NCBI GenBank assembly: GCA_963768655.1
Contig: CAVYIM010000007.1
Coordinates: forward strand, 192,001 to 256,000
DNA: 64,000 nt
Source: an uncultured Chloroflexia bacterium
GTDB taxonomy: Bacteria; Chloroflexota; Limnocylindria; Limnocylindrales; CSP1-4
Direction of reading: 5' to 3'
A program made the translations under genes and the position numbers. A model generated the notes under the pieces. That model was given only the letters and a program-made list of their open reading frames with translations. It had not been told where the DNA came from and did not search any database. This document shows, one piece after another, positions 19,752 through 28,138 of the stretch. Within the stretch, counting starts at the first letter, position 1, and every line of letters starts with the position of its first letter.

Positions 19752-19774
19752 CGGCGCGCTCGCTCATGCCGCGG

Positions 19775-19800
19775 ATCATACCAGACCGAACGGGTGTTCT
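19775..19800 (-). promoter_or_regulatory. Extended -10 (TGGTATGAT) with adjacent LexA box upstream of ruvB
   Basis: CGAACGGGTGTTCT at 19787-19800 (GAAC-N4-GTTC). Confidence 0.75.
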
Positions 19801-19844
19801 ACCTTCGGAATCGCTCCAGGTTCGAGCCATCCGGAGCGAAGATT

Positions 19845-20048
19845 TCAGTTGGCCGCGTAATCGAATGCCGGGTCCTCTCTCTCGGCCGCCACGATCCGCT
19901 CGAGCACGCTCATGCGGCTCCACGCTTCGGGTCGTGTGAGCGCCACTCTGCGCTCACGAAGTGGCGCTGCGACGGCTGCGGTCTCATCAGTAAGCGCGAC
20001 CAACGCCGTCAGCGAGATCCGGTCCTTTCCTCTGCCGTGTGATCTCAT
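19845..20048 (-). CDS. Small hypothetical protein (67 aa) between ruvA and ruvB
   Basis: ORF MRSHGRGKDRISLTALV...ERIVAAEREDPAFDYAAN fills the gap; no recognisable motif. Confidence 0.35.
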   Translation of the reverse strand: MRSHGRGKDRISLTALVALTDETAAVAAPLRERRVALTRPEAWSRMSVLERIVAAEREDPAFDYAAN

Positions 20049-20155
20049 TCTCCAAGCCCCCGGTCTCGGCAAGCCGCGTCCATTTCCCTACTGACGCCTT
20101 GCCTGCCCATGAGACGGCGGCCCCACAGCAGCTGTGATCCGGCTTTCCGTTCGGC

Positions 20156-20747
20156 CTACCCCTTGAGCAGGGTGCGCAACGCGGCCTTGACGCGATCCTC
20201 CAGGCCGGGCCCGACGGAGGTATCGGAGAGCGCGTCACGGGACGCCTGGCGGGCCTCGCCGGCGGAGTAGCCCAGGGCCAGTAGCGCGGCCACCACCTCC
20301 GGCTCGCCGGCTGGAGAACCTGCGGTGGCGCCCGCGGCAACGCCCGCGGCCGCGACCTTCTCCCTGAGCTCCAGCACGAATTCGAGCCGCCAGCTTCTTG
20401 CCGACTCCGGAGACTGCCGTCAGCAGTGCCAGATCCTCCGAGAGAATCGCCAGCTGTAGATCGCCAACGGCACGCGTCCCGACGATCGCGAGAGCGACCT
20501 TCGGGCCGACACCCGTAACGGTCTGGAGGAGTCCGAAGAAGCCGAGTTCCTCGGGCGTACGGAAGCCGTACAGCGCCTGGGCATCCTCACGCACCAGGTG
20601 GTGGGTGAACAGCTTGGTCCGCTCCCCTACTCTCACCGCGGCCAGCACGGCGGGCGCGCAGTACACGCGATAGCCGATCCCCCCCACCTCGACGATCATG
20701 GAATCTGCGAAGACGGCGCCGACCATGCCGTCCAGCGAGGCGATCAC
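20156..20747 (-). CDS. ruvA: Holliday junction protein RuvA (+1 frameshift at about 20380)
   Basis: MIASLDG...VGGIGY...VREDA...GVGPKVAL...GVGKKLAARI then VLELREK...ALLALGY in another frame; an extra T in CGAATTCGTG. Confidence 0.92.
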
Positions 20748-20766
20748 GGAGGCTCTGCTTCCGAGC

Positions 20767-21405
20767 CTAGACGGCGGTCTTGGGCTCGGGCACGCGCGAA
20801 GAGCGCCCGTCTGGATCGAGGCCCAGCCGTTCGCGGCGGAGGGCTTCACGGACCGCTTTCTCGTACGGTGTGACGCCGCTCGGCGCGGGGTTCAGGGCGG
20901 AACGATCCAGCGCCCCGGTCGGGATGCGACTGACGGAGCGCTCGCGGTTGGCGACGCAGATCGCGATCGCAAGGGCGTCTGCGGCGTCGTCCGGGGCCGG
21001 CATCTCGGCCAGGCCGAGGATGGCCTGGACCATCCGCCCGACCTGCTCCTTGGCGGCGCCGCCGTGGCCGGCCGTGGCCACCTTGACCTCGTTGGGCGTG
21101 GCCTCTCGCACTTCCAGATCGTGCTGAGCGGCCGCGAGCAGCGCGACCCCTCGAGCCTGCCCGACGGCGAAGGCCGTCTGGACGTTCTTGGTGAAGAAGA
21201 ACCGCTCCACGCCGACCATGGATGGCGCATGCAACTCGATCAGGTCGGTCAGGGCGAGGTAGATCGACTCGAGGCGCTCGGGCAGGGTGAGGGTCGACGG
21301 AGTCGAGATGACGCCGAAGTCGATGGCCCGGAGCCGGGGCCCGGTTCTCTCGATGACCCCGTATCCGAGCATCGCCGTCCCGGGATCGATGCCGAGGATG
21401 ATCAC
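20767..21405 (-). CDS. ruvC: Holliday junction resolvase RuvC
   Basis: ILGIDPG, VGQARGV, DDAADALAIA. Confidence 0.97.
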   Translation of the reverse strand: MIILGIDPGTAMLGYGVIERTGPRLRAIDFGVISTPSTLTLPERLESIYLALTDLIELHAPSMVGVERFFFTKNVQTAFAVGQARGVALLAAAQHDLEVREATPNEVKVATAGHGGAAKEQVGRMVQAILGLAEMPAPDDAADALAIAICVANRERSVSRIPTGALDRSALNPAPSGVTPYEKAVREALRRERLGLDPDGRSSRVPEPKTAV

Positions 21406-22148
21406 CCGCCGACCTCGGCCAGTAGCGCCTCCGGAATCTCGAAGTTGGCGGTCACGCGCTGGACGTCGTCGTGATCCTCGAGCAGCTCGACCAGCCGGAG
21501 TGACTGGCGCGCTCTCGCCTCGTCGAGTTCGACCGTGTTCTTGGGCGTCATCGATAGCTCGGCCGACTCGATCTTGACGCCGGCAGCCTCGAGCTCTCGG
21601 CGGACCGCCTCGAGCTCATGAGGCCTGGTGTAGACCTCGACCTGCTCGCCCGAAGAGTCGACGTCGTCCGCACCGGCATCGATGGCCAGGAGTTCCAGCT
21701 CCTCTGCGTTGCCGCCCGCGGCCAGCGTGATGACGCCGCGCTGCTCGAATTGCCAGGCGACGCTGCCCGGCGCGGCCAGCTGGCCTCCGGCTTTGGTCAG
21801 GATCGATCGGACTTCGGCCGCGGTTCGATTGCGATTGTCGGTGGCCGTCTCGACAAGGATCGCCACGCCGCCCGGGCCGTAGCCCTCATACGTGATCTCT
21901 TCGAACTGCTCGCCTTCGCCACCGCCGGTCGCCTTCTCGATGGCGCGCTTGATGGTGTCGAGCGGCATGTTGAGCGCCCGCGCGCGCTCGACGGCCAGGC
22001 GGAGGCGGAAGTTGCCGTCCGGGTCACCCCCGCCGGCTCGCGCGGCGACGCTGATCTCGCGGCCCATCTTCGTGAAGACGGCGCCGCGCTTGACGTCGTT
22101 CGCGCCCTTCTGGCGCTTGATCTGCGACCACTTGGAGTGTCCTGACAT
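21402..22148 (-). CDS. yebC: YebC/PmpR family protein
   Basis: MSGHSKWSQIKRQKG, YEGYGPGGVA, TDNRNRT, LEDHDDVQ. Confidence 0.96.
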   Translation of the reverse strand: MSGHSKWSQIKRQKGANDVKRGAVFTKMGREISVAARAGGGDPDGNFRLRLAVERARALNMPLDTIKRAIEKATGGGEGEQFEEITYEGYGPGGVAILVETATDNRNRTAAEVRSILTKAGGQLAAPGSVAWQFEQRGVITLAAGGNAEELELLAIDAGADDVDSSGEQVEVYTRPHELEAVRRELEAAGVKIESAELSMTPKNTVELDEARARQSLRLVELLEDHDDVQRVTANFEIPEALLAEVGG

Positions 22149-22343
22149 CGGGCGGAGTATAGCGCCCGGCCGGGCCTCCCAGCCGCTCAGGCTGAAGAAA
22201 CCGCCGGCGTCTCGGGCTCCCAAGGCATCACGCCCTCCTCGTCCGGGAACACGCGCCGGGCTATCATGGCCTGACCGCGGCCGGCCCTTCGTCGAGCCGC
22301 TCGTTTGATGCGATCTGAAGCCACCAGAGGATCGATTGAGCAG

Positions 22344-24431
22344 ATGACAACCAAGAGTGTCGACCTCCCCCACCTCCGCAGCGTCGTCATTGCGGCCCAT
22401 GCCGGGGCCGGCAAGACGACGCTAGCCGAGCGCCTCCTTTTCGACGCGACCGCAATCACGCGACTCGGCCGCGTCGACGACGGCACTGCCAGCCTGGATT
22501 ACGAGCCCGAGGAGCAGAAGCGCAAGCAGTCGCTGACTCTCGCGGTCGCCAGCCTGGAGCACGAGGGAACGAGGGTTCAGCTCGTCGACACTCCCGGTTA
22601 CGCCGACTTTGCGGCCGAGGTCGTCGAGGGCTTCGCTGCCACGGACGCGGCCGTCCTGCTGATGGATGCGTCGGGGCATGTGGAAGCCGGTCTCGAGTCG
22701 GCGGTGGCGCTGGCTCGCGCGAACGGCCGGCCGGCGCTCTTCTTCATCAACAAGTGCGACCGCGAGAACGCCAACCCGGGCAGCGCGCTGGACGGGCTCA
22801 GGACCGCGTTTGGTCAGAAGATCGCGCCGCTGCACGTCGCCATCGGCACGGCGGAGTCGTTCAGCGGCTACGTGGACCTGGTCCATCGCAAGGCCTACCA
22901 GGAAGCCGGCGGGAAGGAAACCGAGGTCGCCGTCCCGGCCAGCCTCGCCGCCGAAGTCGCTTCCCGCCGCGATCAGCTGATCGAAGCCGCGTCCGAGGCG
23001 GACGACGACGTCATGACCAAGTACCTCGAGGGCGAGGAGATCACCGACGCGGAGCTGGAGAGCTGCCTCAAGAAGGCCGTCCGGTCCGGCATGGTGGCGC
23101 CGGTCCTGGTCGGCAGCGCGAGCAAGGACGTCGGCGTGCGGGCCCTGCTCGAGGCCATCGTCCACTATCTCCCCTCCCCCGCCGACCTTGGCGAGATCGT
23201 CGCCACGGACGCGAAGGGCAAAGAGGTCAAGATCGTTCCGGACGTGACCGGCCCGCTCGTGGCTCGCGTGTTCAAGACGACAGCCGATCCGTTCGTCGGG
23301 CGGCTGACTTACCTGCGCGTGCTTTCCGGGACGCTGCACGGCCAGGGCCAGTCATGGAACTCCACCCGGAGCGAGCCCGAGCGAATCGGTCAACTGTTGC
23401 TTCTTCACGGCAAGGACCAGGAAACGGTAGGCCAGCTCCAGGCCGGTGAGGTTGGCGCGGTGGCGAAGCTCACGGTGACCGCGACGGGCGACACCTTGTG
23501 CGCAACGCGCGAAGGGGCCGTCACGCTCCCGCCTCTCTCGTTCCCGGTGCCGACCCTCCAGGTCGCCATCGAGCCGCAGACCAAGGCGGACCTGGACAAG
23601 ATGGGCTCGGCCCTGCAGCGCATGCTCGAAGAGGAGCCCTCCGCGCGCGTCGAGCGCTCCGACACCGGCGAGCAGATCCTGCTGACCATGGGGGACGCCC
23701 ACGTCGCCGTGCTCGGCGAGCGCCTCAAGCGCAAGTTCGGCGCCGCGATCGTGACCAAGACCCCCAGAGTGGCCTACAGGGAAACGATCCGAGGCAAGAC
23801 GCAGAGCCACGGGCGCTACAAGAAGCAGACCGGCGGCCACGGCATGTTCGGCGACGTCTGGATCGAGATCGAGCCGAACCCGGGCGGCGGCGTCGAGTTC
23901 GCCGAGAAGGTCGTCGGCGGCACCGTGCCCAAGAACTTCTTCCCCGGCGTCGAGAAGGGCGTCCGCGAGACGGCGGCCGAAGGTGTGCTGGCCGGCTACC
24001 CGCTCAGCGACTTCAAGGCGACCCTGTACGACGGCTCCTTCCATGCGGTCGACTCGAACGAGCTGTCCTTCAAGATCGCGGCCTCGATGGCTCTCAAGTC
24101 GGGCGTGCTCGAGTGCAAGCCGGCGCTGATGGAGCCCATAATGACGGTCGAGATCCGGATCCCGGAGGCCTTCATGGGCGACGTGAACCGCGATCTCAAC
24201 GGCCGCCGCGGCCGGGTTCTCGGTATGGACACCAAGGACGGTCAGCAGGTCATCACCGCCACCGTGCCCCAGGCCGAGCTCTTCACCTATGCCACCGAGC
24301 TGCGCTCTCTCACGGGCGGCCGGGGCACCTTCAAGGCCACGCTGGACCGCTACGAGGACGTGCCCGCCCACATCGCTGAGAAGGTCATCGAGGCTCATCG
24401 CAAGGAAGTGGAGGCCGCGCACAAGGAGTAG
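22344..24431 (+). CDS. fusA2: Elongation factor G-like protein (EF-G2)
   Basis: AHAGAGKTT, DTPGY, NKCD, KKQTGGHG, FHAVDS; switch-I RKQSL instead of RGITI. Confidence 0.9.
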   Translation: MTTKSVDLPHLRSVVIAAHAGAGKTTLAERLLFDATAITRLGRVDDGTASLDYEPEEQKRKQSLTLAVASLEHEGTRVQLVDTPGYADFAAEVVEGFAATDAAVLLMDASGHVEAGLESAVALARANGRPALFFINKCDRENANPGSALDGLRTAFGQKIAPLHVAIGTAESFSGYVDLVHRKAYQEAGGKETEVAVPASLAAEVASRRDQLIEAASEADDDVMTKYLEGEEITDAELESCLKKAVRSGMVAPVLVGSASKDVGVRALLEAIVHYLPSPADLGEIVATDAKGKEVKIVPDVTGPLVARVFKTTADPFVGRLTYLRVLSGTLHGQGQSWNSTRSEPERIGQLLLLHGKDQETVGQLQAGEVGAVAKLTVTATGDTLCATREGAVTLPPLSFPVPTLQVAIEPQTKADLDKMGSALQRMLEEEPSARVERSDTGEQILLTMGDAHVAVLGERLKRKFGAAIVTKTPRVAYRETIRGKTQSHGRYKKQTGGHGMFGDVWIEIEPNPGGGVEFAEKVVGGTVPKNFFPGVEKGVRETAAEGVLAGYPLSDFKATLYDGSFHAVDSNELSFKIAASMALKSGVLECKPALMEPIMTVEIRIPEAFMGDVNRDLNGRRGRVLGMDTKDGQQVITATVPQAELFTYATELRSLTGGRGTFKATLDRYEDVPAHIAEKVIEAHRKEVEAAHKE

Positions 24432-24571
24432 CGGCGCCGGAAGGGCGGCGGCGTCGGGTCAGGGCCTCTGCGACCCGAAACGCGCAAGCGCGTCCGTCGC
24501 GAGCGGCTGGGCCGGCGGTCAGCGCCTCGGCGGCGACGGGTGGCTGTCTTGCCCGGGCGGAGACACGAATA

Positions 24572-24603
24572 GCGGGCCCCGTACCGGCCGGCAAGGGGCC
24601 CGC
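24572..24603. terminator. GC-rich hairpin between convergent fusA2 and hisA
   Basis: GCGGGCCCC...GGGGCCCGC; followed by TATTCGTGT on minus strand. Confidence 0.55.
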
Positions 24604-24787
24604 GTGCCTGTCTGTGGTTGTGCGGACCGGCACACGGCCGTTCCTCGCGCCGGGTCCGCAGAGAACCGCAGGGTGACGTCCCAAGATGCCGGGGCCGAAG
24701 CCCGTGAAGACCGACCCCAGAGCCGACGCCTCCAGCTCAGTCGTCGGCGAGCCCGACCTACGGCTTGAGCCTATCGTTGCCTGCGCG

Positions 24788-25561
24788 CTACGCCGTCAGT
24801 CGGATCGCCTCGGCCAGGTCGAGGCGGTCCGAGTAGATCGCTCGGCCGACGATCGCACCAACGCAGCCGAGGGCGCGGACGGCCGCAATGTCGGCCAGCG
24901 ACGAAACCCCGGCCGAGGCGACAATTCCGCCCCGGCCAGGCTCGACCATGCGGCGCAGGAGATCGAAGTCCGGGCCCATCAGCAGGCCGTCGCGCTCGAT
25001 CGCGGTGACGATGAAGGTTCGCGCGCCGCGATCCGCCAGCGACGCCAGCGCCTCCTCGGCCGGCATGCCCGAGGCGCCCGGGACCCAGCCCTGGCCCACG
25101 GCCATGCCGTCGCGGACGTCGAGAGCGATCGCGATGCGCTCGACACCGAAACGGGCGACGAGCCGACCGGCGAACGCGGCATCCCGCAACGCCGCGGTGC
25201 CGACAACGACCCGCGCCGCCCCCGCGTCAAGAGCAGCCGCCACCGCTTCCTCGTCTCGCAGCCCGCCGGCCACCTCGCAGGCCGCGCGTCCCCCCACAGC
25301 ACCGACTATGCGGCCGACCAGCTCAGTCTGGCGCCCCGCACCGTCCCGGGCGCCGTCGAGGTCGACGATGTGGATCCACCGCGCCCCGGCGGCCACGAAG
25401 CCACAGGCGACCTCGACGGGCTCTGCAGCGAAGCGAGTCTCCCGAGCGAAGTCGCCTTCCGCCAGCCGGACCACCTGGCCGCCCCGGAGGTCGATGGCAG
25501 GCATGACCTCGAACTTTCGGGGTCTCCTGGACGCCTCCTCGGCTTGCGTCTCTTCTAGCAT
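24788..25561 (-). CDS. hisA: HisA isomerase
   Basis: PAIDLRGGQVVRL, HIVDLDGA, GGLRD, TAIERDG, IVGRAIY. Confidence 0.93.
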   Translation of the reverse strand: MLEETQAEEASRRPRKFEVMPAIDLRGGQVVRLAEGDFARETRFAAEPVEVACGFVAAGARWIHIVDLDGARDGAGRQTELVGRIVGAVGGRAACEVAGGLRDEEAVAAALDAGAARVVVGTAALRDAAFAGRLVARFGVERIAIALDVRDGMAVGQGWVPGASGMPAEEALASLADRGARTFIVTAIERDGLLMGPDFDLLRRMVEPGRGGIVASAGVSSLADIAAVRALGCVGAIVGRAIYSDRLDLAEAIRLTA

Positions 25562-25580
25562 GCTACTATGCTACTACACG
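25556..25580. promoter_or_regulatory. Putative TrpR-family (HisR) operator
   Basis: TAGCATGCTA palindrome overlapping 8-bp tandem ATGCTACT-ATGCTACT between hisA and the regulator gene. Confidence 0.5.
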
Positions 25581-25620
25581 ACAACGGGCCGTGAGAGGCC
25601 GTCAAGAAGGGGAACCGATC

Positions 25621-25950
25621 ATGAGCTCGATGGAAGGCTGGCGCGACGAGGCCACGGGCGAACTGTTCGAAGCCGTGCTGCGTCTCGCCACGGTGGACGA
25701 AGCCTCGGCGTTCTTCCGCGACCTGTGCACTCTCGGCGAGCTGCACGACATGGCGCAGCGCTGGGCGGTCGTTCGGCTCCTCGACCAGGGCATGCACTAC
25801 GCCGAGATCTCGCACCGGACCGGTGCGAGCACGGCCACCGTCACCCGCATCGCCCAGTGGCTTCACCACGGCGAGGGTGGCTACCTGCGCGCCCTGGAGC
25901 GCCTCCGCGAAGGCGGCGCGCCAGCCAATCCGGGAGAGAAGACACGATGA
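25621..25950 (+). CDS. YerC/YecD TrpR-like regulator (probable HisR)
   Basis: FFRDLCTLGELHDMAQRW...TGASTATVTRI...GEGGY; first gene of his operon. Confidence 0.9.
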   Translation: MSSMEGWRDEATGELFEAVLRLATVDEASAFFRDLCTLGELHDMAQRWAVVRLLDQGMHYAEISHRTGASTATVTRIAQWLHHGEGGYLRALERLREGGAPANPGEKTR

Positions 25951-26807
25951 CGCGCCGGCTGCGCCTGGCAATCCCGAACAAGGGCCGGCTGGTCGAGCCG
26001 ACCGTCCGCCTGCTGCGCGATGCCGGGCTCGTCTTCGAGGCCGGCGAGCGAGCGCTCGTGGCGCGCGTCCAGAACTTCGATCTCGACATCCTCTTCGTGC
26101 GGACCAACGACGTCGTCGAATTCGTGAGCGACGGCGTCGCCGAGCTGGGCGTGACCGGGCTCGACCTGCTGGCGGAGGCGGGCTCGGATGCTCCGCAGCT
26201 GCGCAGCCTCGGGTTCGGGAAGTGCCGCCTCACCATCGCCGTCCCGAACGACTCGCCGTACCGCGTGCCGGAGGATCTGGCGGGCCTCCGCGTCGCCACG
26301 TCGCACATGAACCTCACGAAGGGCTTCTTCTCGGGTCGTTCCATTCCCGTCGACGTCATTCCAGTTTCGGGCGCGGCTGAAGTCGCGCCGCGGCTTGGCC
26401 TCGCGGAGGCGATCGTCGATCTGGTGTCGACCGGCTCGACCATGGTTGTGAACGGCCTGCGGCCGATCGAGGAGGTCTTCGCCTCGGAGGCGGTGCTGGT
26501 GGCCAACCCGACGGCGCTGCGCGACCGCTTCGACGCCCTCGACACGATCCAGACGATGCTCAGCGCCACGCTGGCCGCGCGCGATCGCAAGTACCTGATG
26601 ATGAACGCCCCCGAAACCAGGTTGATCGAGCTGGAGGATCTCCTGCCCGGATTGGAGTCGCCGTCCATCATCCCGCTGGCACACAAGGGCATGGTCGCCA
26701 TTCACTCGGTCGTCGAGGCCGACGCCGTCTGGTCGCTGTTGCCCCGCCTCAAGGCCGCCGGCGCGTCCGGCATCCTGATCCTGCCCATCGAGAAGCTCGT
26801 CCAATGA
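25947..26807 (+). CDS. hisG: ATP phosphoribosyltransferase, long form
   Basis: LAIPNKGRL, GAAEVAPRLGLAEAIVDLVSTGST, C-terminal regulatory domain. Confidence 0.96.
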   Translation: MTRRLRLAIPNKGRLVEPTVRLLRDAGLVFEAGERALVARVQNFDLDILFVRTNDVVEFVSDGVAELGVTGLDLLAEAGSDAPQLRSLGFGKCRLTIAVPNDSPYRVPEDLAGLRVATSHMNLTKGFFSGRSIPVDVIPVSGAAEVAPRLGLAEAIVDLVSTGSTMVVNGLRPIEEVFASEAVLVANPTALRDRFDALDTIQTMLSATLAARDRKYLMMNAPETRLIELEDLLPGLESPSIIPLAHKGMVAIHSVVEADAVWSLLPRLKAAGASGILILPIEKLVQ

Positions 26808-28138
26808 GCGCAACGTCCGTAGCTATTCGCCGCCTCGATCTGGCCGCCGCCGACACGGATCCGACCGTGGCCGCCGAGATCCAGGCGCTGCTGCGCCGCG
26901 GCGCCGTACCGGATCAGCAGGTTCGTGAGGGCGCAAGGGCGATCCTCGCCTCGGTGAAGGCCGGCGGCGACGCCGCGGTGCGCGAGGCCAACGCCCGCTT
27001 CGGCGGCGGCCGCGCCGACGGCTCGCTGCTCGTCAGCCGGGCGGAGATGGAGGCCGCGCGCGATACCCTTCCGCCGCGCATCCGGGCCGGACTCGAGCAG
27101 ATGATCGAGAACATTCGCCGCTTCGCGGAGACTCAGCGACCCCAGACTCGTGTCACGACGATCGTCCCCGGTGTTGAGATCGAACGGCGTTGGGCGCCGC
27201 TGGCTCGTGTCGGTGTATATGCCCCGGGCGGTTCCGCGGCCTATCCGAGTTCCCTGTTGATGGGCGTGGTGCCGGCACGGGTCGCCGGCGTCGGCACCGT
27301 CGTGGTGGCCTCGCCCGCGGACGCAGAGGGCGGGCTCAACCGGACGCTCCTCGGCGCTGCCGCGCTTGTCGGAGTGGACGTCTTCATCGTCGCGGGCGGC
27401 GCTCAGGCCGTCGGCGCGATGGCGTACGGGCTGTCGGAACTTGGTGTGTCGCCGGTGGACCGCATCGTGGGGCCGGGCAACTCCTGGGTGACGGCCGCCA
27501 AGCTGGAAGTCTTCGGTGAGTGCGGGATCGACCTGCCGGCCGGTCCGTCCGAGGTCATGGTCGTCGCCGACGGCACCGCCGACCCGGTTGACGTCGCTGC
27601 GGACCTGCTCTCCCAGGCCGAGCACGGGCCGGACTCCCCTGCCCTGCTTGTCACCTGGGACGCAGTCTTCGCGAGCGCGGTCGAGGCGGAGCTGGGGCGC
27701 CAGCTCGAGACCGCTGCCCGGCGCCCGATCCTGGAGCGCTCGCTCGCGATGGGTGCGCTCGCCGTCCTGGCGCCGGACCGCGACGCTGCCCTCCGGTTCG
27801 TGAACGACTACGCGCCGGAGCATCTGTCCGTTGTCGTAGATGATGTGGAGGAGGCGGTCGTGCGCCTCCGAAACGCGGGCTCGCTGTTCGTCGGTCCCTA
27901 TGCGCCCGAGTCGGCCGGCGACTATGCCTCCGGAGCCAACCACGTCCTGCCTACCGGCGGGCTGGCGCGCTCGTGCGGCGCCCTCTCCACCGAGGACTAC
28001 GGCAAGTTCGTGCAGGTCCAGAGGATCAGCCGAGAGGGTCTGGCGGCAATCCGTGACTCGGTCGAATCGATCGCCGAGGCCGAGGGTCTGATCGCCCACA
28101 AGCGCGCGGTCGAAGTCAGATTCGAGGCCCGGCCATGA
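26804..28138 (+). CDS. hisD: Histidinol dehydrogenase
   Basis: YAPGG, GGAQA, GPGN, AGPSE, SQAEHG, APEHL, GANHVLPT. Confidence 0.97.
   Translation: MSATSVAIRRLDLAAADTDPTVAAEIQALLRRGAVPDQQVREGARAILASVKAGGDAAVREANARFGGGRADGSLLVSRAEMEAARDTLPPRIRAGLEQMIENIRRFAETQRPQTRVTTIVPGVEIERRWAPLARVGVYAPGGSAAYPSSLLMGVVPARVAGVGTVVVASPADAEGGLNRTLLGAAALVGVDVFIVAGGAQAVGAMAYGLSELGVSPVDRIVGPGNSWVTAAKLEVFGECGIDLPAGPSEVMVVADGTADPVDVAADLLSQAEHGPDSPALLVTWDAVFASAVEAELGRQLETAARRPILERSLAMGALAVLAPDRDAALRFVNDYAPEHLSVVVDDVEEAVVRLRNAGSLFVGPYAPESAGDYASGANHVLPTGGLARSCGALSTEDYGKFVQVQRISREGLAAIRDSVESIAEAEGLIAHKRAVEVRFEARP

Noticed and set aside
24544-24555. CTGTCTTGCCCG identical to the start of the long ncRNA (third copy?)
   Set aside because: No -10, no boxes and no closing-stem partner; likely chance.
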